A DNA stretch of 64,000 nucleotides from a virus, in IMG/VR virus record IMGVR_UViG_3300025288_000012, positions 1 through 64,000 of that record, one strand, 5' to 3'. The translations under genes were made by a program, and so were the position numbers. Shown one piece after another: positions 1 through 8,736 of this stretch (position 1 is the stretch's first letter; the number at the start of each line of letters is the position of its first letter). The notes under the pieces are model-generated. The model was not told where the DNA came from. It searched no databases and worked only from the letters and a program-made list of their open reading frames with translations.

Positions 1-707
1 TCGAGGGTGTAACCATCCGGCTCGCTCGTCACCGAGGTGAACGTCTTCGTGATGTTGTAGGTGCCAGGACCCGTACCGCCAATAAGCTCGTTGTTGCTAC
101 CCCAACTCTTCACGTCGGTGAAGGAAGCGGTTTCCATCAGTGTGGGGCCGCTAGGTTGCGGCGGGCTAACAGGTGGTGCAACAGGTGGTGCTACGCACAA
201 CCCATACAAATCACATAGACGCGTTTTCACTTCAAGAAGGATAGCGTCGTAGTTGATAACACCAGGTGGGCCATCAGGTCCTTTTCCACCAGCAGGTCCA
301 GGAGGGCCTTCGGGTCCGATCGGACCAGCGGGACCTATGGCACCACTAGACATGTACAGAGTGGGCTCTTCGAGTGAGTATGCCTTAGATGTAGACACTA
401 CCCAGGCGTGGTTGAAACCTTGTCCCATAACAAGATCGAATTCAGGCGGGCTATATGACTCGGGTGAGTCGAATCCTTTCAGCTTCAGCACCTTAAGGTA
501 ATACGGGCTACTCAGGTCCAACACAACCCATAAAGTGTTGATGGGGAACCCAAGCATATCAGGTTCCCCATATGATCCAATTACTGAGTACTGACTAGCC
601 AAATCAGGTAATTGCATGGTAAGCACTACTGGAGTTGCAGGATCCCCTCCGCTCAGGCTGTGGAACGTTTTTACTGCAGTTGCGAAATTCTTTAGACGAA
701 GATCCAT
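1..707 (-). CDS. Collagen-like tail fibre/virion protein, partial (runs off left edge)
   Basis: Not in the ORF track. Hand translation from ATG at 707 (GAGG SD upstream) stays open to position 1: MDLRLKNFATAVKTF...GAIGPAGPIGPEGPPGPAGGKGPDGPPG (G-X-Y repeat), then a Pro-rich linker. Confidence 0.8.
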   Translation of the reverse strand, partial: MDLRLKNFATAVKTFHSLSGGDPATPVVLTMQLPDLASQYSVIGSYGEPDMLGFPINTLWVVLDLSSPYYLKVLKLKGFDSPESYSPPEFDLVMGQGFNHAWVVSTSKAYSLEEPTLYMSSGAIGPAGPIGPEGPPGPAGGKGPDGPPGVINYDAILLEVKTRLCDLYGLCVAPPVAPPVSPPQPSGPTLMETASFTDVKSWGSNNELIGGTGPGTYNITKTFTSVTSEPDGYTL

Positions 708-720
708 ACAAGCCTCAGAG

Positions 721-936
721 TTAAGCTAAGCGAGCCTCACCAGTGCGGGGTGAGCTGAAGGTGATAACTACGGTGCTGCTATCGAGGAAGGTTACGGATT
801 TCGGCAGAATCTCTTCTATAGCACCGTTCTCCAAAACCTTAACGCTGACAACAGGCTTGGTGGCGAATCCGTGTGTTATAGTCCAGACTGAGCTAGGAAC
901 ATTCTGCACATGGGTCTTAGGATGGATTGCAAGCAT
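721..936 (-). CDS. Small virion protein, single WTIxH(N/G) beta-sandwich module
   Basis: Likely start is ATG 936 (GAGGT SD) within the 721..981 ORF. THVQNVPSSVWTITHGF...ILPKSVTFLDSSTVVITFSSP matches modules in neighbouring genes. Confidence 0.7.
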   Translation of the reverse strand: MLAIHPKTHVQNVPSSVWTITHGFATKPVVSVKVLENGAIEEILPKSVTFLDSSTVVITFSSPRTGEARLA

Positions 937-946
937 GGTAGTGACC

Positions 947-1576
947 TCAGATGCAACGAGCCGAGCCAGTCTGGGCCGCACTGAAAGTCGCGGTGGATTG
1001 GTTCAACGAGTTGTGTACAAGCGATTGAGGCTGCACAAGCTGATTGTCGATGTACAGAGCGATGGTTGGGTTGTAACCAAGGTTGTGGTTGATTACCCAA
1101 GTAGAGACTGCACTGAAGCTCTGCTCATATGCAATAACAGGATAGGCATTGCCGTCCATATTTCCACGCATGAGTATTGCCGTACCGGTAATCGGTGTGT
1201 TGAAAGTCAGCGTTGTAGTGTTGAACGTGTTGGTGTTGGTTTCATCCGGAACTACCCAACGACCATTTTCATCGTACACCTGGACAAACACGTTGTTAGT
1301 GCTCAGGCCGTGGACGATAACCCATTCAGACGAAGGAGCTGACTGGACGAAACGCTTCATGCTGAGGCTTTGCGTCAGAGGAACCCACACCGGGAAGCCG
1401 CCACTAACGTCTACGCAAACGTACAGAATCTGGTTCTTGAAAACGAATCTACCAACGGTAGGATTCGCAGGGAAATCTTCTTCGGTAAGACTGACTTGCT
1501 TGAGCTTATTGCCCCGCATGTCAAGGTGGCCATGAACTTCCATTACTTTTCTCCTGATAAATGGGGGACGAATCAC
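947..1576 (-). CDS. Virion/tail-fibre-associated protein with two beta-sandwich modules
   Basis: Two internal copies (SEWVIVHGLST..., STWVINHNLGYNP...) after an N-terminal PANPTVGRFVF segment typical of fibre proteins. Confidence 0.7.
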   Translation of the reverse strand: MIRPPFIRRKVMEVHGHLDMRGNKLKQVSLTEEDFPANPTVGRFVFKNQILYVCVDVSGGFPVWVPLTQSLSMKRFVQSAPSSEWVIVHGLSTNNVFVQVYDENGRWVVPDETNTNTFNTTTLTFNTPITGTAILMRGNMDGNAYPVIAYEQSFSAVSTWVINHNLGYNPTIALYIDNQLVQPQSLVHNSLNQSTATFSAAQTGSARCI

Positions 1577-1599
1577 CCATTTATTTCAAACAAACCAGC

Positions 1600-3247
1600 T
1601 TACGCTACGAACTTGCCTGAGACCACAACCTTGCAGGTGATGGACGAGGAGAAGGTAACGGTCAACTGATTGACGCTGTCGAAAGTAACGCTGTCTGGGA
1701 TGATGACCTTGTCGTTACTGTCAACCACAGTCACATTGCAGTACTTGGTGCCGATGTTGTGGGTAACAACATGCGACGTAGCACTGGTAGCGCCAGAGTC
1801 GAACAGGAAGTGCGAAGCATTCATCGCCGTGGTAACGGAATCCACGTAGGCCTTGGTGGCAGCCATCAGGTTGGAGGTAGGAGCACCAGCCAGCACCAGG
1901 TTACCCGTCATGGTGTCGCCGTCAACGTTGATGTAACGGCCATCAGCGTAGGTAAGTAAGGTCGAGAGCCACGTCGTCAGCGTTCACCACGATACCGGTA
2001 CCGGCACCAATGGTCAGAGCCGTACCAGCGCCGCCCGTCAAGCCAGCACCAGCAACACCGGTAGCCAACTCAGCAGCGGTGATACCAGTCGCGGCAACCT
2101 TCACGCCAGTAGCGGACTTCGACAAGGTAGAGCCGTCGATCAACAAGGACAGTTGAGCAGCGGTATCGCTGGAAGCGGCGGAACCGTCAACGGTCAGGAA
2201 CAACGCGGAAGTAGCGTGCAGGTCGAGGCCGACTTCATCCGTAGGCAACTGAGCAACACCAGCACCCAGACCAACGTGCAGTTGGTTACCAGACTTGTAC
2301 AGGCCGACACCAGCAGTGATTTGACCCAGGCCAGTGAATTGCACCCAGGTGGCGCCGCTGTAGACGTAGCCGGTTTCGTCGACTTTGTCGAACACTGCAT
2401 CACCATCGATAGCTGCAACGCCAGCATCCCAGGTGTCAGTAGCGGTAGCGGTGTAGATCTTGCCATCAGTCGTGTTCAGGAAACGATCACCCGTAACAGC
2501 GGTGGCCGGATTGGTAGCGCCCGAAGAGTCAACAGCATTCTTCCAGGTCAGGCCGACGGACAGATTGTCCACGTAGTTCTTGGTGGCGGCATCGGTACCA
2601 TTGACCGGAGCAGCCAGACCCGAAACGGTGTGAGTACCACCGAAGGCCAGGTTGCCGGACATGGTGTCACCGGCTTTGAGCACGCGATCAGCGATGTCCA
2701 GGACATTCTGAGCGATTGCGTCAGCGTTCGCTTTGATCTGGGTGTCCAACAGAACGTCAGCACCCTTCAGCGCAGTTGCGCCACCGATGTAGTTGGTACC
2801 AACAGCAGCCGTGAAGGTGCCATCAGAATTGAGGCCAGCGCCAGTTTCGATGGCGTTGATTTCAGTCAGGTTGTTGGTGATACCAGTGGTGTTAACACCG
2901 ATAGCGTCAGCATTGGTCTTGGCTTGTCCGTCCAACGCGGTCAAAGCAGTCATGACCGTGGTGGTAGAGCCAAGGTAGTTCGAGCCGCTAGGAGCGACGT
3001 AGTTGCCGTCAACGTCCAGGCCAACTTCAGCTTCGATCTGATCGATCTCAGCTTGCAGAACGGAAGTAGAACCACCAGAAGCAAAGGTGATCACGTCCAC
3101 GCCGTCAAAACCACGGTACTTACCGTCAACAGTGTTGTACCACACTTGACCAACTGCCGGGGTCGCCGGATCAGCAGCCACGTTGTCAACACGCATGTTC
3201 TTCAACTGGCCCAGGCCAGCAAATACGAGGTCGCCTAAAATACGCAC
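1600..3247 (-). pseudogene. Tail fibre-like structural protein (~547 aa) split by a 4-nt duplication into ORFs 1943..3247 and 1600..1911
   Basis: GTAA is duplicated at 1952-1959. Removing one copy restores LDLTYADGRYINVDGDTMTGNL, echoing the protein's own VLKAGDTMSGNL...AATKNYVD motif. Confidence 0.75.
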
Positions 3248-3351
3248 TTTGAAACTCCTTAAGGAAAAGAAATAAGAGTGGCAGCGCTGCCACCCTACCG
3301 TTACCAGAAGATTATACTCCTGATCTTCAATGCAAAATTATGAACTACAAG

Positions 3352-3810
3352 TCACGCAGTCGCATCGAATACTAACGTGCAATGACCTGATATTGGAGTA
3401 GTAAATGTAAGCTCTGCTTTTGTATAGTTTATTATGTTCATGTCGTCGGGTATTACTTGCTTACCCGTTGACTCAAAGGATGTGTACGAAAAGTACTTCA
3501 TGTTCTTACCATGATTTATCGTCCACACGTTAGAAGGTGCGAGTTGCTTATGGGTGTAAACAACTGCATTTGAATCTACTGATGGGAATCGTAGCTCAGT
3601 CCACGAGTCTAGGTCATTACCCAGCTGCCACAACTTGTTGTCGTTAGCAGTTACGACTATCATACCAGATTTTAGGTTCGCTGGGTGAATGGTTGATCGT
3701 GCATCGTGATCTGGCACTACTCTAAGGACACCCCTTATGTAGGTGTCCTCAACTAAGTACCAAGTTGCTCCATTCTTGGGTAGAAAAAATGAAGGAATTA
3801 AAACAGGCAT
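3352..3810 (-). CDS. Virion structural protein with C-terminal beta-sandwich module
   Basis: N-terminal domain typical of phage fibre proteins (YLVEDTYIRG...KSGMIVVT...LWQL) plus the SNVWTINHG module. Confidence 0.6.
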   Translation of the reverse strand: MPVLIPSFFLPKNGATWYLVEDTYIRGVLRVVPDHDARSTIHPANLKSGMIVVTANDNKLWQLGNDLDSWTELRFPSVDSNAVVYTHKQLAPSNVWTINHGKNMKYFSYTSFESTGKQVIPDDMNIINYTKAELTFTTPISGHCTLVFDATA

Positions 3811-3843
3811 AGCAGTCTCCCGACCAAATTAAGGACTACTATT

Positions 3844-4206
3844 TCATGCCTCGTCTGATGTGTCTTGCGTAGACTCTAAGGTAGAGTATCCAGTATCACC
3901 CATACCTGACTCTTCAACTGTAGGAGGCAGCTCTACAACTTCAACTTTATGAGTCAGCAATTCATCACGGATAGAGTTGAGTTCGATAACCATTTGGTTC
4001 ATCATAGTTGCTTGAGCAATCAACTTAGTTGAGAGCAGAGTCACCTGAGCAGATTTAACGGCAAGCTCAGCATCGGCACGAGCACCGGAGTTGTACGCCT
4101 GGTCACGCTGTCGTGCTATAGTCTCAACTATAGAGTTGAGTCGAAGCTCAGAAAAAGATTTGTGCTCGTCAGCGGTGAACACATCTACTTGGTTGTTATC
4201 GGCCAT
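3844..4206 (-). CDS. Hypothetical coiled-coil protein
   Basis: ORF with AAGGA SD, heptad-rich middle and acidic tail. Confidence 0.55.
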   Translation of the reverse strand: MADNNQVDVFTADEHKSFSELRLNSIVETIARQRDQAYNSGARADAELAVKSAQVTLLSTKLIAQATMMNQMVIELNSIRDELLTHKVEVVELPPTVEESGMGDTGYSTLESTQDTSDEA

Positions 4207-4215
4207 GAAATTTCC

Positions 4216-4728
4216 TTAGTTTATTGAGAACCGAACAGTCCAACCCATATCACTTGTAAGCCTGGAGAACAATGCACCAGGACTTATCAAGGTTGGCAAA
4301 TACAGGTTTCCTTTGTTTAACGCCTTTGCTACCATTTCACTACACACTTCTCCCTTAGCATCGCGGAGCTTTATCTTAAGAAGCTCCATTAGGCCAATGG
4401 AAATAAAATCTTGGTACGGATACCGCACACTACCAGTTGCACTAAGTAGTTCCGACGCATACACCCGATACGGAACTTCTGAATTGACTACGGTCATGCT
4501 CTTGTCGGAGTAGGAAGACATACTAACAATTCGACGACCACCTTGGTGAGCCTCTACAATGAATAGCCTGGACTCGTAAGCTGCATCCCTCAACCAAAAG
4601 GCAATGCCCACATGGAAGTACTTGGAATTAGTTACAAGCTGGGTTAGCTTGCTCCAGATCGTTGTGCCTTTGGCAATGAACACTAAGTCGCCATCCTTTA
4701 TTAGCTCTCGTACCTCAGGGTAGTTCAT
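4216..4728 (-). CDS. Permuted papain-like NlpC/P60 (YiiX/YebB-type) amidase
   Basis: GDLVF, N-terminal YFHVGI (His), FIVEAH, C-terminal VCSEMVAKAL (Cys) and ISPGAL: His-before-Cys permuted order. Confidence 0.8.
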   Translation of the reverse strand: MNYPEVRELIKDGDLVFIAKGTTIWSKLTQLVTNSKYFHVGIAFWLRDAAYESRLFIVEAHQGGRRIVSMSSYSDKSMTVVNSEVPYRVYASELLSATGSVRYPYQDFISIGLMELLKIKLRDAKGEVCSEMVAKALNKGNLYLPTLISPGALFSRLTSDMGWTVRFSIN

Positions 4729-5731
4729 GTAGGTTTCCTCATTGCTAGGAAGTAGTTGCTGGGGTGCTGAAATTTCTTCGCAACAGGTATAACGTAGAAG
4801 GTGTCGTCGTTAATAGTGGAACCGTAACGAGCTGTGAACGCTATACTGGTCATGAAGATCTTACCTGTACGGTACTCTACTATGGCACAGGATCCATGCA
4901 CTGATCTATAGCGCGGAACAGAACTGGGTCAATGTCATCACAAGGTGTACTGTTGGCCTCAACTAGACAACCAACTATTCCAATCATAACACCCTCGTTT
5001 GACTTTAGCAGGTTCTTGTAGAGTATAACTGACTTGTCACCTGACGCAGTTTTCGCCACGCAGTGAATAACATCTGATTGAATCCGTTGATCTTTAAACC
5101 TGCGAGCTACGGGTAGAGCAAATATTGACTCCACAGTCTTCGACAGGGCCTTAAGGCGCAATATGCCAATGAAGTCAAAGAAGGACTGTGAGCCTCTAAG
5201 GTATCCACCATTAAGGTCGGAGTAAAAGGTCGGTACAGGTATTGAGCTTATCAGGCTGTGCTGGAATGACGACAGATCGAGGACTTTGTACTCTTGAGCC
5301 TTCTTATAGGTAACGTCCCTGAGAATAAGAACGTGAGACCATTCTGCATCTTGATCCGACCCTCCAAGTTTTGATACTACTACGTCCAAGTACTTGGGTA
5401 GACCAGTAGAGCTGTCTACTATGGCCCATTCTCGTTGCACCACCTGCATGTCTGCAGTGAAAGCTTCTGGATACAGTTCAGAAAGCTTCAACCCCGTAGC
5501 AGTGGACAAGTCTAGTCCAAGCATTGTTGCTGCCACTGGATTTATTACGGTTATTACGGTTTGGGCATCTGCCACAAGCAAACCATCCTCCAATACACTT
5601 GCCAGAGCATTCATAATGTATCTGCTCCGGATTATTTCCTGCTCGAGGACAGTAGATATGTTGGCCGAAGATTTACGAATAGCCTCCAGATCCTGAAGAA
5701 GATCGTCGTCAGTCCGTGAGGTATCGGTCAT
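4725..5731 (-). CDS. Multi-PAS sensor protein with no output domain; apparent -1 frameshift at ~4890
   Basis: PAS1 (DGLLVAD...INPVAATMLG...LILRDVT) and PAS2 (SIPVPTFYSDLNG...IGIVG). ORF stops at 4880, but the -1 frame continues MDP/CAIVEYRTGKIFMTSIAF...RKPT* and its TGA overlaps the next ATG (4725-4728). Confidence 0.75.
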
Positions 5732-6234
5732 TTCGGGTGCCCCGAAAGGTGATTCTTTACTACGTCTAATGTATCAAGAGTTTTGAGTTGTTGAACATAG
5801 CGGAAAGATTCCTCAAGTTTTGAAGACATTGAGGCTGCAAAGTAGGCTGAAAATCCTGACAGCATACCACCAAGCAAAGTAATACCTATGATTATACCTC
5901 TGAAGGTATCGTACTTTTCTTTCCACTTAGATTCGCGGGAAAGACCTACATTTTCCAAGTCGGATAGTTTAGACGAGCACTTAGTTTGGGCAGCGTACAG
6001 ATCTTTCTCAAAGACATCCTCTAGCACGGTTATGGAGTTGCTTAGATCTTTCACTACGGCAGTAAGCTTCTCGTACTCTGATGATTGCTGATCTGCGTGA
6101 ACTTGCACAATCTTAACTACTCCAACTGCTTCTTCAATGCGCTGAATCCAGCTCTTTACTTCAGATACGGTTGCTATCAAGTCCTCAACTCGTACCTTCA
6201 ATATCCCTATGTCTGCTTCCGTTGTATTCGTCAT
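5728..6234 (-). CDS. Coiled-coil protein with one transmembrane helix (possible holin/membrane anchor)
   Basis: Long heptad N-terminus followed by hydrophobic GIIIGITLLGGMLSGFSAYFAA. Confidence 0.5.
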   Translation of the reverse strand: MTNTTEADIGILKVRVEDLIATVSEVKSWIQRIEEAVGVVKIVQVHADQQSSEYEKLTAVVKDLSNSITVLEDVFEKDLYAAQTKCSSKLSDLENVGLSRESKWKEKYDTFRGIIIGITLLGGMLSGFSAYFAASMSSKLEESFRYVQQLKTLDTLDVVKNHLSGHPK

Positions 6235-6235
6235 T

Positions 6236-7885
6236 TTACTGTCCGCTTCGAGCTAATGCTAGCTCTTTGTAGTTAGTACCAGTCTTCATGACAACCGCAT
6301 TAAGGTGAATGCGTTTCGCCGGTATAACAGGGTCAAGGTACACGTCAAGAATAAGTTCACCCGCAGCTATTGTAGCTGGAGTGTTGTTAGACTCGTCACA
6401 TACAACTTGGAAGGAGTACAGTCCCCGGCCATTCTGTATCGGCTGCAGGAATCGTTCACACATCTCCCTAAGGAAAGCCCTGAGAATGGAATCGTTAGGG
6501 TCAAACACTGAGTACAGAGCCGCAACAGAGATTGACTTCTCGACGAAGTTCAGTAGACGCCGAACGTTTACATTGGACAATGCACTTGCCATAGACTGGC
6601 ACGTGTCCGCACCCCAGATCTTGTAACCTTTACCTGGGAACACTCGCATGGGGTTGATCTGCACAGGCTGCAAAGCATCACGATCACCTTGGTTGTAGGT
6701 ACGCCGAACGCCCAAGATCTTCATGTCACCACGGGACATGCCCGCAGGAGCAAACCACGTTTCAGCGACGTAGTCAGTCTTTGCATAAGCTGCAGCAACA
6801 AAGCCTGAAGGAGGAACAAACACCTGGAAATCGTTGTACTGATCGTAGATCTTCAGGTCGGGGCTGTAGATAGCACTGCGAGAGCTATCCAGGTTTAGCA
6901 TGTTGCGCTTGTATGCGATAGCACGTGCTACCTCTTGCTCCGCGCTAGGAACATCTAGAACTGCGATACAGTCCATACGCGACTGGCATATGTCATCCAT
7001 CTTCATCTGTACAGCAGGAGTGGAGTAGCCACCGTTTATGAAGATGTTTACGTCCAACTGCTCCGGGTCACGATAAAGTTCCCAGCCGAGGTTTACCAAG
7101 CCGTCAGTTACGCGTGAACCATTGGTGCCCCCCGTCAAGAACTCCGCACCCTCCATCAGCACTTTAAGCTCAGGCAGGGCGTAGGGATTTGCACGATACC
7201 GAACTAGGGAAGACCGATTGTTTATGATCTCCTCGATGTTCATCTGCGCACCGAAACCATCTAGACGATAGTCACGAGACACCAGGAAAGATTCGTTGGG
7301 GAGTTGACGCGGGCTTTGATAGTCAAGGAAGATTTCTACGAGGAAGACCAGCGGGTCATCGGGAGCGGAGGTTGCACGCTTCGTAGACGGCTTGATGCGG
7401 ATCATAAGCCTGTCATTCCAATCACCTGGGTTTGCAGCACAGAAGAAGCCCACAATGTTTTCGATACCAGGAGTTTGAGGATCGAATCCCAACGTGTTGA
7501 ATGGGTCTGCCTTACCCAGTGGGTTGTTCGTCCCATCATCGAAATTCGTAAGGTGAATTACAGGTGTAGTAGCAGAGATGTCGTCCACAGTCCAGTACGC
7601 ACCGGCTGTAAGAGTGTCATCACTTGCAACTCGGGTCACATACAGCCTGCTAGACTCGCCCAAGAATTGAAGTGCACAGTAGTGCAGGTACGAAGTCTTC
7701 GGGTCAGGTGTACCGAATACCTCAATGAAGTTTTTCGCACTTGTTATGAGAGTGCGCTCCATTATCGGTCCTTTGCGGGACGCTCCAACAATTGCACCGA
7801 TCGAGGTGCTGGCGGCAGCAATACGCTGGGATAAGTCAAGCTCTTTGACGTATACACCAGCGGAAGAATGGGCGGAACTAGACAT
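6236..7885 (-). CDS. Contractile tail sheath protein (T4 gp18-like)
   Basis: AGVYVKELDLS, GAIVGASRKGP, FIEVFGTP, TWFAPAG, INP, IWGADT, NVRRLL and LDVYLDPVIPAK sheath motifs. Start ATG 7885 has an AGGAG SD (ORF track starts at 7912). Confidence 0.95.
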   Translation of the reverse strand: MSSSAHSSAGVYVKELDLSQRIAAASTSIGAIVGASRKGPIMERTLITSAKNFIEVFGTPDPKTSYLHYCALQFLGESSRLYVTRVASDDTLTAGAYWTVDDISATTPVIHLTNFDDGTNNPLGKADPFNTLGFDPQTPGIENIVGFFCAANPGDWNDRLMIRIKPSTKRATSAPDDPLVFLVEIFLDYQSPRQLPNESFLVSRDYRLDGFGAQMNIEEIINNRSSLVRYRANPYALPELKVLMEGAEFLTGGTNGSRVTDGLVNLGWELYRDPEQLDVNIFINGGYSTPAVQMKMDDICQSRMDCIAVLDVPSAEQEVARAIAYKRNMLNLDSSRSAIYSPDLKIYDQYNDFQVFVPPSGFVAAAYAKTDYVAETWFAPAGMSRGDMKILGVRRTYNQGDRDALQPVQINPMRVFPGKGYKIWGADTCQSMASALSNVNVRRLLNFVEKSISVAALYSVFDPNDSILRAFLREMCERFLQPIQNGRGLYSFQVVCDESNNTPATIAAGELILDVYLDPVIPAKRIHLNAVVMKTGTNYKELALARSGQ

Positions 7886-7938
7886 TTGCGTTTCTCCTAT
7901 AAATGAACGCACTACACTCTAAAATTATTATCTGCCTG

Positions 7939-8736
7939 TCAAATACCAATCAAGGTTATGAGTTCTTCAAACTCTTTTGAATACTCCGACAGAACAACTG
8001 TTACGCCCTCGACGTCTATTCCTACCTTGTCACCGTAGGATTTATTCACCTCTTCTGAGTCGGAGTGCTTAGCTAGAAGCACAAGAGCAACCAGGTCAAA
8101 GTACGTTGTGTCTTTGTCAGGTGCCATAGGTATTGACGACGACAGAGCGGTGCACTCTATTAGGTCTTGGCTAAGCGACCACGTTGAAAGTATGCGAGCA
8201 CCAAGTTCTCCAGCCATGTGCTCTACTTCTTGAAACCTTGCAACCTCTAGTTGATTCTGACTGAAGAAGTCCAAAATAGGCAAGTAGCCTATGTTGTGCA
8301 TTATGCCTGCCGTCAGTGCAACTTCAGGAGAAAATTTGTAGTCCGGGCGAAGCTCTTTTGCCAACACAGAGGCAGCAACTCCTGCGTAGACTCCACGGTC
8401 CCATACCTTTGCAGCTACATCTTTTAGTCCCGCACCCTTAAGTGAGAACCTATCTCGCATGCTGCCGAGAACCAGACTAGAGGTAAGTTTAGTACCCAAT
8501 CTTGTTAAGGCACTTAGGGCAGATGATACTTTGCCACTTCCCCGAAGTGCCGGACTATTAGCGACCTGGATAAGGCGAGCCGTTATTGAGGCATCGTACT
8601 TCAGTATCGACTCAACTTCTTGAAGGCTACCTTCGTTCTCTACTACTTCAAGGATTCTGAGGTATATGTCGGGTGGTGCAGGAAGACGAAATCTGTTTGA
8701 GCTGATGTGTTCGTTCAACGACTGTTCTATGTTCAT
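7939..8736 (-). CDS. HDOD domain protein
   Basis: RLPAPPDI, DASITARLIQVANSPA, ALTRLG, AGIMHNIGYL, LGARILSTWSL: canonical HDOD pattern. Confidence 0.88.
   Translation of the reverse strand: MNIEQSLNEHISSNRFRLPAPPDIYLRILEVVENEGSLQEVESILKYDASITARLIQVANSPALRGSGKVSSALSALTRLGTKLTSSLVLGSMRDRFSLKGAGLKDVAAKVWDRGVYAGVAASVLAKELRPDYKFSPEVALTAGIMHNIGYLPILDFFSQNQLEVARFQEVEHMAGELGARILSTWSLSQDLIECTALSSSIPMAPDKDTTYFDLVALVLLAKHSDSEEVNKSYGDKVGIDVEGVTVVLSEYSKEFEELITLIGI

Noticed and set aside
2153..3238. 361-aa + strand ORF, and similar long antisense ORFs (743..1342, 48706..49377, 50812..51261, 55382..55807)
   Set aside because: Shadow frames of strongly codon-biased - strand genes; no motifs or SD of their own.
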